Positions 36,189 to 46,090 of a stretch of DNA of 64,000 nucleotides are shown in pieces. The stretch lies in contig CP065002.1 of assembly GCA_016700095.1 (NCBI GenBank), positions 1,188,145-1,252,144 of the forward strand, in the 5' to 3' direction. The notes beneath the pieces are model-generated. The model saw nothing but the letters and a program-made list of their open reading frames with translations. It had not been told where the DNA came from and did not search any database. Both the position numbers and the translations under genes were made by a program. Every line of letters starts with the position of its first letter. Within the stretch, counting starts at the first letter, position 1. Origin of the DNA: Candidatus Woesebacteria bacterium. GTDB taxonomy: Bacteria; Patescibacteriota; Microgenomatia; UBA8517.

Positions 36189-36665
36189 ATGAAAATAAAA
36201 TCGTTTAATAAACTAGTTTTTTCAATTTTAGTCTGTCAGTTGGCTGGAATAATCGGTTCGGTCTTTACGATTAGTTCGATTGAAAATTGGTATATCTTAT
36301 TAAACAAACCTTTCTTTAGCCCACCAAACTGGATCTTTGGTCCAGTGTGGACAATTCTTTATACCTTGATGGGGATTTCACTATACCTTGTATGGACGTC
36401 AAAAAAAGGTTCTAATGCAACCGATAAAGCGTATACGGTATTTACTGCACAACTTATTCTGAATACTATCTGGTCAATTATTTTTTTTGGCTTAAGAAAT
36501 CCTTTCTTGGCACTAATCGTAATATATATAATGCTCTTGGCAATAATTCTTACGCTAATTCAATTTAGAAAAATTAGTATTTTGTCAGCGAAGCTTCTAG
36601 TTCCTTATTTGGTGTGGGTTTCTTTTGCAAGTCTACTAAATCTAGCTATCGTAGTACTTAATTAA
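36189..36665 (+). CDS. tspO: TspO/MBR family tryptophan-rich sensory protein
   Basis: Five TM segments. Conserved ...PPNWIFGPVWTILYTLMGISLYLVW. Confidence 0.8.
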   Translation: MKIKSFNKLVFSILVCQLAGIIGSVFTISSIENWYILLNKPFFSPPNWIFGPVWTILYTLMGISLYLVWTSKKGSNATDKAYTVFTAQLILNTIWSIIFFGLRNPFLALIVIYIMLLAIILTLIQFRKISILSAKLLVPYLVWVSFASLLNLAIVVLN

Positions 36666-37336
36666 TTACATCCAAACGCGGTTAAACATTGGTTTTTTTC
36701 GTCTCCCTCGGGAATTTGATCACATAACGAACAATCAACTTCTTGGTTATTCCCAACCCCTGACTCGTTCAATTGCAACATTCCTTCCGACAAATCAGTA
36801 AAGACAATATTAACAGGAGGAACAAAAACTGAATTATCCACTTTCCAATTGTCGCAATCAAAGTTCATATTGGTATCATCGGTCAATACGCTTTTTTCTC
36901 CTGTCGACATATTTTCTCCAAAGATATCCTTCACGTCCGGATCGACTTTTGTCTTGAAACCACCTTGACCGTCGGTCCAAATGTAACTATATTCATCGTC
37001 ACGAATTACTCCGCCGGATTGCGAAGTGCCGTCAGCTAGTTGATAAGTAAAATCCCCCCGCAGTTTTGTTCCCGAATTGTTTATATACACTTTTCCGCTG
37101 TTTTTATTACCCGATTCATCGATTTGATTGAATGAACAAGTATAATCTTTACCGAGACTTAATAAATCAGAAAGTTTTCCGTTTAACTTATTTCCTTGCG
37201 ATCCGGCTTCATTTGTTGTTGTACTTATATTAGTTTCAGAATCTTTGTTACCTGGAGCTTCTTTCAACAAAAAGTATCCGCCAGCACCCAAGATCATAAC
37301 AGCCAAGAATATACCGATGATCAAATTCTTATTCAT
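36662..37336 (-). CDS. Secreted/membrane-anchored Cys-containing hypothetical protein
   Basis: N-terminal signal/TM NLIIGIFLAVMILGAGGYFLL. Gly/Asn/Thr-rich. Six Cys in the C-terminal half. Confidence 0.4.
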   Translation of the reverse strand: MNKNLIIGIFLAVMILGAGGYFLLKEAPGNKDSETNISTTTNEAGSQGNKLNGKLSDLLSLGKDYTCSFNQIDESGNKNSGKVYINNSGTKLRGDFTYQLADGTSQSGGVIRDDEYSYIWTDGQGGFKTKVDPDVKDIFGENMSTGEKSVLTDDTNMNFDCDNWKVDNSVFVPPVNIVFTDLSEGMLQLNESGVGNNQEVDCSLCDQIPEGDEKNQCLTAFGCN

Positions 37337-37554
37337 TGTCTTTATTATATCGAACTATTGAAAATATTCAATTATGTATAAAACTATTGTTGAACTTGCA
37401 CTAAACCGCGTCATGACAATCTTTGTGTTACTGACCCTAATCATTATTGCATAGTGTGTCAGATATATTGCTCCGCTACTTTTTTAATAGATAGTAGAAA
37501 CGTTTATTGACTTTCTATAAATGCCATTTGACTTTTTAAAACACGGCAAAACAC

Positions 37555-39375
37555 ATGTTATACTTCAATATGCAAAAATCATCTCCAAAAACTCGATGGA
37601 ATTTACAAGTGTTGTATCGAAACGATAACGATCCAAAAATTGTTAGTGATCATCAACTAATCGACAAAGTTGTCACTAGTTTTGCAAGCAAATGGAGTGC
37701 CAGCAATAAATATTTATCAAGTCCCAAGTCACTTAAACAAGCATTGGATGATTACGAAAATATTTTCAGACATTATGGTTTAGGCGGTAAGGAATGGTAT
37801 TACTGGAATTTGAAATATTCACAAAATCAACTTGATGTAAAAACAAAAGCGCGCTTGAATAAAGCAATCGAGTTTGCCAGATGTAATCAAAATAAACTTC
37901 AATTTTTCGAATTGAATTTGGCAAAAATCAACAATAAAAAGCAGATTGAATTTTTGGAAGCGGAAATATTACGACCCTACAAACATTTTTTAGAAAAAAT
38001 ATTTAGAGACGCTAAATATCAGCTATCCGAAAAAGAAGAGAGAATAATTAATCTCAAATCTTCGGTAGCGCGAGAAAACTGGACAAAAATGACTTCCAGT
38101 CTTTTGTCAAAAGAAGAAAAAGTTGTTGCGGGTGAAGACGGTAAACGTACAAAACTTACTCTTACCGAATTACTGCCCTTGCTGCAGAGTACCAGCAAAA
38201 AGGTGCGAGATGAAAGCGCTCTGGCAATTAACGAAATATTTTCCAAATATATCGATGTAGCAGAACATGAAATTAATTCGTTTTTGCAGGATGTTAAAAT
38301 CGAAGATGAATTACGGGGCAGGATTAGGCCGGACCTCCAGAAACACTTAGCAGATGATCTTACAAGTGAAATAGTAGACAATCTTGTCGATTCGGTCAAA
38401 AAAAGGTTTTCTATATCTAAAGACTTTTACAAACTAAAGTCCAAACTCCATGGAGTGAATAGACTTGCCTATCACGAACGCAACATCGACTATGGAAAAA
38501 CAAACACAATCTATTCCTTCAATAAGGCAACGTCTTTGATTACTGATGCATTTAGCTCACTTGATCCGAAATTTTCACAAATTTTCTCACACTACTTACA
38601 AAACGGGCAGATTGACGCTTTTCCTAAAAAAGGTAAAACGGGTGGAGCTTTTTGTCTATATAATCTACCAACCCAGCCGACATATATTCTTTTAAATTTC
38701 TCAGGCAAATTGGAAGATGTATTAACTATGACTCACGAAACGGGTCATGGAATAAACGGCGAATTAATGAGAGAAAAGCAAAACTCGCTAAATTTTGGAA
38801 CTCCGCACGCAACAGCTGAGATTGCAAGTACCTTTTTTGAAAATTATGTTCTGGAAAAAGTCGTGAACGATGTCGACGACGAAACAAAATTGGCTCTCAA
38901 AATTAAAACACTTTCAGATAGTATAAACACAATTATTAGACAAATCGCCGCAGATCTTTTCCAACGTGAATTACATGCTTCGTTTAGAAAAAAGGGTTAT
39001 TTGTCAAAGGACGAAATCGGCAAAATATTCCAAAAACATATGGCTTCATATATGGGGCAATTTGTTGAACAATCGCCAGGAAGTGAAAACTGGTGGATCT
39101 ATTGGCACCATATCCGAAGCCCATTTTACAATTATCAATATGCCTTTGGCTTGTTGATCGCGAAGTACTTACTAAAAATTGTGAAAGAAGACAAAAACAA
39201 TTTGGAGAAAGTTAAATACTTTTTGTCGGCAGGAATGGAACAATCCCCGGTGGAAATATTTAATAATATTGGACTTGATATAACTAGTAAAAAGTTCTGG
39301 GATCAAGGAATGGATGAGATTCAAAATTCATTGAATGAAAGTAACATACTTGCCAAAAAAATAGGAAGGATCTAG
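37555..39375 (+). CDS. pepF: Oligoendopeptidase F (M3B family metallopeptidase)
   Basis: HExxH zinc motif MTHETGHGING plus a downstream Glu ligand. About 600 aa. Confidence 0.85.
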   Translation: MLYFNMQKSSPKTRWNLQVLYRNDNDPKIVSDHQLIDKVVTSFASKWSASNKYLSSPKSLKQALDDYENIFRHYGLGGKEWYYWNLKYSQNQLDVKTKARLNKAIEFARCNQNKLQFFELNLAKINNKKQIEFLEAEILRPYKHFLEKIFRDAKYQLSEKEERIINLKSSVARENWTKMTSSLLSKEEKVVAGEDGKRTKLTLTELLPLLQSTSKKVRDESALAINEIFSKYIDVAEHEINSFLQDVKIEDELRGRIRPDLQKHLADDLTSEIVDNLVDSVKKRFSISKDFYKLKSKLHGVNRLAYHERNIDYGKTNTIYSFNKATSLITDAFSSLDPKFSQIFSHYLQNGQIDAFPKKGKTGGAFCLYNLPTQPTYILLNFSGKLEDVLTMTHETGHGINGELMREKQNSLNFGTPHATAEIASTFFENYVLEKVVNDVDDETKLALKIKTLSDSINTIIRQIAADLFQRELHASFRKKGYLSKDEIGKIFQKHMASYMGQFVEQSPGSENWWIYWHHIRSPFYNYQYAFGLLIAKYLLKIVKEDKNNLEKVKYFLSAGMEQSPVEIFNNIGLDITSKKFWDQGMDEIQNSLNESNILAKKIGRI

Positions 39376-40652
39376 GCGACTCTTTCTTTGAGAGCTTGAT
39401 AATAAAGTTCCAGATAATCTCCTGCTTTCTGCCAGTGCTTTTCCCCTAATCCACTTTCGGCCATGTTCATTTCAAGATTTGCCAATACCCTAAGGTGTGC
39501 CACTTTCGTTGCTTGATAGTTACTCATTCTGTAAACTTCGGAATACAGTTTTCTACCCGTATCTTCTACATTGCCAGCGGCATGGGCGTCTTTGGTTTCA
39601 CTAATTTCTTTCCAAAATTTTACCTGTAAACTAGCAGCAAGCTTAGGTTCAAAAGCAAGCTTTACTTCGTCTTTGATCAATATGTAAAATTCTAAAATAT
39701 TTTTTCTTGCTTCTACCCATTTGCTTTTTCTCCCCATCAAGACAGCTTGCATCATGTATTTTGCAGCTTTGGTTGACAAGGCATAAGACATACCAAACTG
39801 TTCTTTGAGGTGTTGAATTGCATATTCTCTTAATTTAGTTCCTTCGGGAATATTTTGTAAACGCCACCATTTAAGTTCCAAATCCGCAATCACCTCAGGT
39901 TTAAATTTAAAATGAGCAACCTTGTCTTTACCGCCAAATCTTCTTCTCCTTCTGCTGTAATCAATTATTGCATTCTTTAGTTTTTCAGTATTCATGTCGG
40001 GAAGATGGTCCGGTTCGAAGTAAAACTCAGCATAAGTCATTTGCCAAGGCATTAGACCACTTGTTCGCTGCTCACCTGAAGTTCTAATAAAAAGATCGGG
40101 GTAAGGATATGGTTGTCCGGAAGTATCCAAATATGAACTAAAAAGATCTTCGTCAAGGCTTGCGGGGTCGACGCCATCTTTAAGCATCTTTTGAACTGCA
40201 CGAATTATTTCGTCTCTTCCGCCATAATCAAAAGCTAAATTCAATACATGTTTATTGTAATGTCTGGTTTCGCTTTCGGCTTTTTTAATCCATTTCACTA
40301 AATCTCTGGGGAGGCGGTCTTTTCTACCAATATGAACAAACCTTACTTCCTCCTCGTGCGCATTCTTCAATTCGACTTGGATATTTTTTTTAACAATCGC
40401 CATAATCTTTCTTACTTCCTGAGGTGGTCGTTTCCAATTCTCAGTTGAAAAACCCCACAATGTGATTGTGTGCACACCAATTTTTCTGGCACTATCAATC
40501 ACTTCGCGAATTGCCCTCCCGCCCGCTTCGTGTCCCTTGTTTTCCGGTAACCCGCGCGACCTTGCCCATCTACCATTTCCATCTAGCACAACGGCAATAT
40601 GATTGGGAATAATTGTCCCCTTTGGTAAACGAATCGTTTCTTTTGTTTCCAT
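39372..40652 (-). CDS. uppS: Undecaprenyl-diphosphate synthase (cis-prenyltransferase) fused to an about 200-aa C-terminal helical domain of unknown function
   Basis: IPNHIAVVLDGNGRWARSRGLP...GH.AG...TLWGFSTENWKRP...DLFIRTSGEQRTSGLMPWQMTYAEFYF is the UppS core. The likely true start is METKETIRLP (ATG at 40650-40652); the ORF track extends to 40721. The extra domain begins RRRRRFGGKDKVAHFKF.... Confidence 0.8.
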   Translation of the reverse strand: METKETIRLPKGTIIPNHIAVVLDGNGRWARSRGLPENKGHEAGGRAIREVIDSARKIGVHTITLWGFSTENWKRPPQEVRKIMAIVKKNIQVELKNAHEEEVRFVHIGRKDRLPRDLVKWIKKAESETRHYNKHVLNLAFDYGGRDEIIRAVQKMLKDGVDPASLDEDLFSSYLDTSGQPYPYPDLFIRTSGEQRTSGLMPWQMTYAEFYFEPDHLPDMNTEKLKNAIIDYSRRRRRFGGKDKVAHFKFKPEVIADLELKWWRLQNIPEGTKLREYAIQHLKEQFGMSYALSTKAAKYMMQAVLMGRKSKWVEARKNILEFYILIKDEVKLAFEPKLAASLQVKFWKEISETKDAHAAGNVEDTGRKLYSEVYRMSNYQATKVAHLRVLANLEMNMAESGLGEKHWQKAGDYLELYYQALKERVA

Positions 40653-40711
40653 GTCAGAAATTATAACACGAATAAATACATTGATATATTTATATTGTAT
40701 AATCCATAAAA

Positions 40712-41848
40712 ATGAGTTCAATCCAGGACATCGTCACGAAAACTGAAAGCAAAATTGCTAAAGATGCCAAGATTACTTTGATTGAATTTGTAGACAAAAT
40801 CAATTTGCAATTAGAGGCATATTTTGACAAAGAAATATCCAATGTATTCGGTGTCAGCAACAAGCAAAGGAAACTTTCGAAACACATTTTGGAACATATA
40901 AAAGAACACAATATGCGCCCCTGTAAAAGACTCAGGGGGTCTTTTGTTTACTACGGATATAAACTTCTGGGAGGCAAAAATACTAAAGAAATATTGAAAA
41001 CTTCAATGTGTGCAGAACTTATTCAAACTGCACTCCTCATTCATGATGATTTTATGGATCAGGACGACGTAAGACGTTACAAACCAACCACCCACAAATA
41101 TTATCAAAGTATCCATAATAATAACTACAAATACGGAGATCCAATTCATTATGGCGATAGCATGGCAGTAGACGCTGGAGACGTGGCTCTCATGCTTGGT
41201 TTCGAAATATTAAGTAACAGTAAATTTGACTCGAGTCTAAAAACAAAAGCAATGTCTAGCTATTTAAGAGGAATAGGAAATACAGCTCTTGGTCAGGCAT
41301 ACGATATTACACTGGAAGCGCGAGGTAGTATGGATGAACAAGACGTCTTAGACCTGCACCATGCAAAAACAGCCATATATACATATATCAATCCTCTGCA
41401 AACGGGTGCAATTTTAGCAGGTGCCAATGAAGATGATCTTTCGATTATTAATGAATATGCAACATTTGGAGGAATTGCATTTCAAATACAAGACGATGTT
41501 TTAGGGTTGTTTGGTGATTCAAATAAAACAGGAAAATCAGCACATGCAGATCTCAAAGAAGGAAAGGTAACACTTCTGACTATTTACTCTTTCAACAACG
41601 GTACGGCAAAACAAATAAAAATGCTCAAAAAAATATGGGGAAATAAGGACATCACCGAATCGGATGCCGAAATAGCAAGAAAGATAATAATTGACACAGG
41701 TGCCTTGGAACACTCGAAACAAATTTCAATAAAATACGCCAAAAAAGCGCAACGTGTCATTCCAAAAATGAAAAAAAAGGGATGGAATTATCAGGCGATT
41801 AATTATTTAGACGGAATAGCACAGTACATGATTGAAAGAGATCTTTGA
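40712..41848 (+). CDS. trans-Polyprenyl diphosphate synthase (FPP/GGPP synthase family)
   Basis: FARM LIHDDFMDQDD and SARM FQIQDDVLGLFGD motifs. Confidence 0.9.
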   Translation: MSSIQDIVTKTESKIAKDAKITLIEFVDKINLQLEAYFDKEISNVFGVSNKQRKLSKHILEHIKEHNMRPCKRLRGSFVYYGYKLLGGKNTKEILKTSMCAELIQTALLIHDDFMDQDDVRRYKPTTHKYYQSIHNNNYKYGDPIHYGDSMAVDAGDVALMLGFEILSNSKFDSSLKTKAMSSYLRGIGNTALGQAYDITLEARGSMDEQDVLDLHHAKTAIYTYINPLQTGAILAGANEDDLSIINEYATFGGIAFQIQDDVLGLFGDSNKTGKSAHADLKEGKVTLLTIYSFNNGTAKQIKMLKKIWGNKDITESDAEIARKIIIDTGALEHSKQISIKYAKKAQRVIPKMKKKGWNYQAINYLDGIAQYMIERDL

Positions 41849-41849
41849 A

Positions 41850-42305
41850 TTATCTACAGTCTTTAATCAATTCCAGCGGAAAGTTAATTCCATTATTAAA
41901 ATCGTTTACAACTTGTAAAATCCCTGGTCGTAATTTACAACTTCCTTTAATTAAATTGTCTACTGTTTCAAACTTGGCATTTCCAATATCACTTCCATCG
42001 ATATGTTGTAAATCAATTTCATCATTCGTTTCAGCCGAAAACGCTACTCCAAGTGCACCTTTTATTAAGTAGAGTCCGATTACATTCTTAACAACAATTT
42101 CCTTAATTCCCGTTTCTTCTGCCACTTCCCGCTTTATAGCCTCTATTAGAGATTCATTCTCCTCAACATGACCGGAGGGCAATCCATACATCCCACTTTC
42201 TTTGCCAAGATTTGCTCGTGCACGCTTTTCTTCTACAATTACAATTCGTGACATATCCGATTTATTGTATAAAACTACCCCGACACCAGTTATTACATTG
42301 TTCAT
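41850..42305 (-). CDS. NUDIX hydrolase (possible isoprenoid-diphosphate or housekeeping pyrophosphatase)
   Basis: Nudix box GHVEENESLIEAIKREVAEETGI. Start/stop abut the IDI-2 gene. Confidence 0.7.
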   Translation of the reverse strand: MNNVITGVGVVLYNKSDMSRIVIVEEKRARANLGKESGMYGLPSGHVEENESLIEAIKREVAEETGIKEIVVKNVIGLYLIKGALGVAFSAETNDEIDLQHIDGSDIGNAKFETVDNLIKGSCKLRPGILQVVNDFNNGINFPLELIKDCR

Positions 42306-43342
42306 TAATTATATTTTATAAGTTGTGCTTTGCTGAGGTGCGACAAACTATTTACTCCCAATCCAAACATCGTTGTTTTCAACTCCAATCCCAATCGATC
42401 AATCATATCTTCCACCTCTTTAGTCGATTGAAGTGCCGCTTGTGCAAATGGCGTAGCTAATCCAACCATGTCACTACCAAGTGAAATTGCTTTTGCAATA
42501 TCAATCCCATTTCTTACTCCGCCACTTCCTAAAATGGTCATCTTTCCTCTTTTCTCAACTTTCACTTTTTTAGCCATATTAATTGACTCGGTTGTTGGTA
42601 TTCCCCAGTTACTAAATAGTGTTCCTAGATTCCTATCCGCCTTTCCTCGCATTGCTTCGACATATGACCAATTTGTCCCGCCCCAACCTGCAGTATCAAA
42701 TATTCGTATACCAATGTTATATAACCTGCGAATTACACCATCGGACAAACCAAATCCGACTTCTTTTGCAATAACCGGGACCTTAACAACCTTAACAACT
42801 TTTTCCAGTTTGGGAAGTAAATTTTCCCAATTTCTGTCTCCCTCCGGTTGGATAATTTCCTGAATCGGATTTATGTGGATAACCAATGCATCTGCTTCAA
42901 TCATATCCACACACCTCAAATACTCCTTGTGAGTAAAACCATAATTTAATTGAACTATCCCCACATTGGCCATCAAAGGGACACTAGGTGCCACACTACG
43001 CGCCTTAAACAACGATTCCAGTTCTTTATGTTCTATCGCAACTCTTTGACTTCCCACCCCCATAGCAATTCCTTTCTTTTGAGCGGCTTTGGCTAGGTTT
43101 CTATTGATTCTAAGTCCTTCCTTAACGCCACCTGTCATACAGGAAATGAAGAATGGATAATTAACTTTTTTACCCAGAAACGAAGTTGATGTGTCAATTT
43201 TGTCAAAATCGATTTCAGGGAGTGCGTTGTGGATAAATCGATAATTATCAAAGCCACTATTACCTATTTGTGCGCCTTCTGACAGGGCAATTTTCAAATG
43301 GTCAATTTTTCTTTTTGCAACATCACCTTTTTTATTTCTCAT
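42305..43342 (-). CDS. fni: Isopentenyl-diphosphate delta-isomerase type 2 (FMN-dependent)
   Basis: KRKIDHLKIAL...FDNYRF.H.ALPE...FISCMTGG...GSGGVRNGIDIAKAISLGSDMVGLA is the TIM-barrel IDI-2 signature. Confidence 0.85.
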   Translation of the reverse strand: MRNKKGDVAKRKIDHLKIALSEGAQIGNSGFDNYRFIHNALPEIDFDKIDTSTSFLGKKVNYPFFISCMTGGVKEGLRINRNLAKAAQKKGIAMGVGSQRVAIEHKELESLFKARSVAPSVPLMANVGIVQLNYGFTHKEYLRCVDMIEADALVIHINPIQEIIQPEGDRNWENLLPKLEKVVKVVKVPVIAKEVGFGLSDGVIRRLYNIGIRIFDTAGWGGTNWSYVEAMRGKADRNLGTLFSNWGIPTTESINMAKKVKVEKRGKMTILGSGGVRNGIDIAKAISLGSDMVGLATPFAQAALQSTKEVEDMIDRLGLELKTTMFGLGVNSLSHLSKAQLIKYN

Positions 43343-44143
43343 TTACTTATACGCTATTATCGTACCAACAAACGGTTTGTTGTGATAAGCGTTAATTAGA
43401 TTATTTTTCAAATTTCCATTTATGATATATGACGAGATGTTTTCCCGTTTAGACAATTCAAGTGCTTCTTTGACTTTTGTATTCATTCCACCAGTAACAT
43501 CAATTCCAGCCGAAGAACCGATTTCGTTTTGAATTTTGGAATATATTTTTGCATCAATTTTTTCAATCGTCTTTCCATGTCGATCGTACACACCATGTGT
43601 TATACCGCAATATATGATTTTTTCTATTTCGTAAGTATGTCTAAACGACCTGGCTAAGTGATTCAACACCATTTCAGTCGAAGCGATTGTACAACCAACG
43701 GTTTGGTCAAATATTACGTCACCATAAACAACAGGAACAATTTTATTGTTAAGAGCAACAATTATCGGTTTGATATAACTGCTAACAATTTTGCCTTTGT
43801 TTGAAATCATAAAACTTGAGGGTGAAAAGGAAACGGCTTGAATGTTGGCTTTGATAAGCTGCTCTGTCAAAATACGGTTTAATTTCGATGCCGCATCTTG
43901 AACCTTGGCAATTCCCATATAACTGTTGTCATTAATTACCCCCAGATTAGTCTGATATTTTTTTGCCGGAAAATGAGGATAGGATCCCCCACCATGGCCG
44001 ATTATAAACTTGCGGCTTTTGTCGTTTTGAATATTTGAGAGTTCTCTTGCAAGTCGCGCAATGGTACCCTTGCGCTCGGTAAAAGGTTGTGTCTTGTCGG
44101 TTATAAGACTTCCACCAAGTTTAATTAAAGTTAACTTTTCCAT
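43343..44143 (-). CDS. ipk: Isopentenyl phosphate kinase (amino-acid-kinase fold)
   Basis: LIKLGGSLITDK, IGHGGGSYPHFPAKKY, VPVVYGD, and GIDVTGGMNTK match the M. jannaschii IPK motifs (LKLGGS, HGGGAFGH, VPVIHGD, SIDVTGGM). Confidence 0.8.
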   Translation of the reverse strand: MEKLTLIKLGGSLITDKTQPFTERKGTIARLARELSNIQNDKSRKFIIGHGGGSYPHFPAKKYQTNLGVINDNSYMGIAKVQDAASKLNRILTEQLIKANIQAVSFSPSSFMISNKGKIVSSYIKPIIVALNNKIVPVVYGDVIFDQTVGCTIASTEMVLNHLARSFRHTYEIEKIIYCGITHGVYDRHGKTIEKIDAKIYSKIQNEIGSSAGIDVTGGMNTKVKEALELSKRENISSYIINGNLKNNLINAYHNKPFVGTIIAYK

Positions 44144-44144
44144 C

Positions 44145-45158
44145 CTAGAATAAATGTTTATTTGATGTTCTTACTCCCAGACACGGTCTATTAACAATTG
44201 TAAATTGCACTTCGGAAATATCATGTAATAGTTTTTGCACTCTTTTAATATTTTTTTCTTCACAAATAACATGAACATTAGGCCCTGCGTCAATTGTAAA
44301 ATAACACTGTAAACCATTTTGTCTTGCAAAAAGGATCTCCTGCATTATTTTCATTGTCCCGCCATTCCAATAGTAAATTGGCGGATCGGATGTCATCATG
44401 ACAGCATGCATTGAAGTACTATCTTGTTCGATGCAATAACCCAATTTTTCAAAATCTTTTTTTATAATCGCATCTTTCGTCCACTTTATGCGTCTCTGCA
44501 TTTCTTTGATTCTTGTTTCATAGTAAGGACAAGTTTTTGTCAGCAAATGTCCTCTTGACGAAGAAGTGTGTTTTTTCTCAGGATCTACAACTGCCACTAT
44601 ATCGACAAGCTTCCAGTGGTTTTCGTCGGCAATTTGTTCGGCGTAACTTTCCTTGTGTGACTTTCCGGTTTTAAATTCGACAAATCCTCCATATGCCGAC
44701 CGAACCGCAGAACCCGAACCGCAGAACCTAATTTGTCGAGATAATTCTTTTTTGTCAAGAAACTTTTCCTCTAAACCATATGCAATTAATAAAGCTGCCG
44801 TTAGTGCAGAAAAACTGGATGCTGATGCTGCAATTCCGGCATCAGATGGAAAATTGTTCTCCGATCTGATAAATACTTTTTCCTTTTTTCCGGCATCTTT
44901 GCGTATTCTTGCTACCTGATCAAAAAGATTTTTCTGCTTGATCGAATTACTTTCAAGTTTTTTATATTCTTCGCCATAGTATTTAACTTCAATAACATCT
45001 TCTTTTAAATCAGGGTTTGTTTGCACAGTCGCTGTCGTGAGACAGCCATCCATTGTCATAGAAATATTGTTATTTCTTGGAATAAAAAGTTTTTCGTTTT
45101 TCCTTCCCCAATATTTAATGAAGGCAATATTTGCAGGAGAAACAACGCTTATTTTCAT
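44145..45158 (-). CDS. mvaD: Diphosphomevalonate decarboxylase family (GHMP kinase fold); may act as phosphomevalonate decarboxylase given the adjacent IPK
   Basis: SPANIAFIKYWGRKNEKLFIPRNNNISMTM is the MVD N-terminal signature. GHMP motif SSASSFSALTAALL. 337 aa. Confidence 0.75.
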   Translation of the reverse strand: MKISVVSPANIAFIKYWGRKNEKLFIPRNNNISMTMDGCLTTATVQTNPDLKEDVIEVKYYGEEYKKLESNSIKQKNLFDQVARIRKDAGKKEKVFIRSENNFPSDAGIAASASSFSALTAALLIAYGLEEKFLDKKELSRQIRFCGSGSAVRSAYGGFVEFKTGKSHKESYAEQIADENHWKLVDIVAVVDPEKKHTSSSRGHLLTKTCPYYETRIKEMQRRIKWTKDAIIKKDFEKLGYCIEQDSTSMHAVMMTSDPPIYYWNGGTMKIMQEILFARQNGLQCYFTIDAGPNVHVICEEKNIKRVQKLLHDISEVQFTIVNRPCLGVRTSNKHLF

Positions 45159-45251
45159 AAGAATAGGATTAGCATTATAGACAATTTAATACTAAAAATC
45201 ACCTCAATTCATCCATGGCTAATAAAGATTTGTTAAGTTAGCAAAACAAAC

Positions 45252-45656
45252 TTACCTCTTTGGAGACTGTTTTTGCTTTCTTGCTCTACCACCCGTACCC
45301 GGTTTTCTTCTCTCTCTTTGGCGGGCATCTCTTGTCAGAAGTCCTGCTAATTTTAAAGGAGTTCGGAATTTTTCTTCATCTTCTTTTGAAAAAGCTTTAG
45401 CAATCCCATTGACAACTGCATCTAATTGACCATTTTTGCCTCCGCCAATTACTCTAACCGTCACATAATATTTTCCAGCAGTTTGGGTCAACTCGAACGG
45501 TTTGTTCCATTTCTCAGACATTACCTTGCCGGGAAAGTACTTACCTATCGGTTGATCGTTAACCATACTTTGGTCTTTCCCTTTAAATAACCGTACTCTA
45601 GCAGAAGCTGTTTTTCTTCTTCCGACGGCAAATGTATATTTTTGTTTTAATTGCAT
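45252..45656 (-). CDS. rpsI: 30S ribosomal protein S9
   Basis: C-terminal RRKPGTGGRARKQKQSPKR and overall S9 pattern. Follows rplM. Confidence 0.9.
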   Translation of the reverse strand: MQLKQKYTFAVGRRKTASARVRLFKGKDQSMVNDQPIGKYFPGKVMSEKWNKPFELTQTAGKYYVTVRVIGGGKNGQLDAVVNGIAKAFSKEDEEKFRTPLKLAGLLTRDARQRERRKPGTGGRARKQKQSPKR

Positions 45657-45667
45657 AGTGTTTGTAT

Positions 45668-46090
45668 TTATGATGCTTTTATTTTATCTTCATATGGATG
45701 TTTTTCACCCGAATACACTTTCATGCGCCTTAAGCGCGCTTTGTGCAAACGATTTTTGGGTAACATTCCTGAAACTGCATGTTCGACAACTTTGGCTGGG
45801 CTATCGGAAAATAATTTCTTGAAAGCAATTTCCTTGAAACCACCGGGGAACCCCGAATGTTTATAATACACCTTTTTGTCGGTTTTTCCTCCGGTAACGA
45901 CCAATTCCGCCGCATTTATTACAACAACATAATCACCCATATCCAAATGCGGAGCATACTTAACCTTGTGTTTACCCATCAAAAATTTGGCAATTTTTGT
46001 TGACATTCTTCCAAGAACTTCTCCTTTGGCGTCAACTACGTGCCAATTCCTGACAATTTCTTTTTCTTTAGGTTGATATGTTTTTTTCAT
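45668..46090 (-). CDS. rplM: 50S ribosomal protein L13
   Basis: TYQPKEKEIVRNWHVVDAKGEVLGRMSTKIA is the L13 N-terminus. Confidence 0.9.
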   Translation of the reverse strand: MKKTYQPKEKEIVRNWHVVDAKGEVLGRMSTKIAKFLMGKHKVKYAPHLDMGDYVVVINAAELVVTGGKTDKKVYYKHSGFPGGFKEIAFKKLFSDSPAKVVEHAVSGMLPKNRLHKARLRRMKVYSGEKHPYEDKIKAS

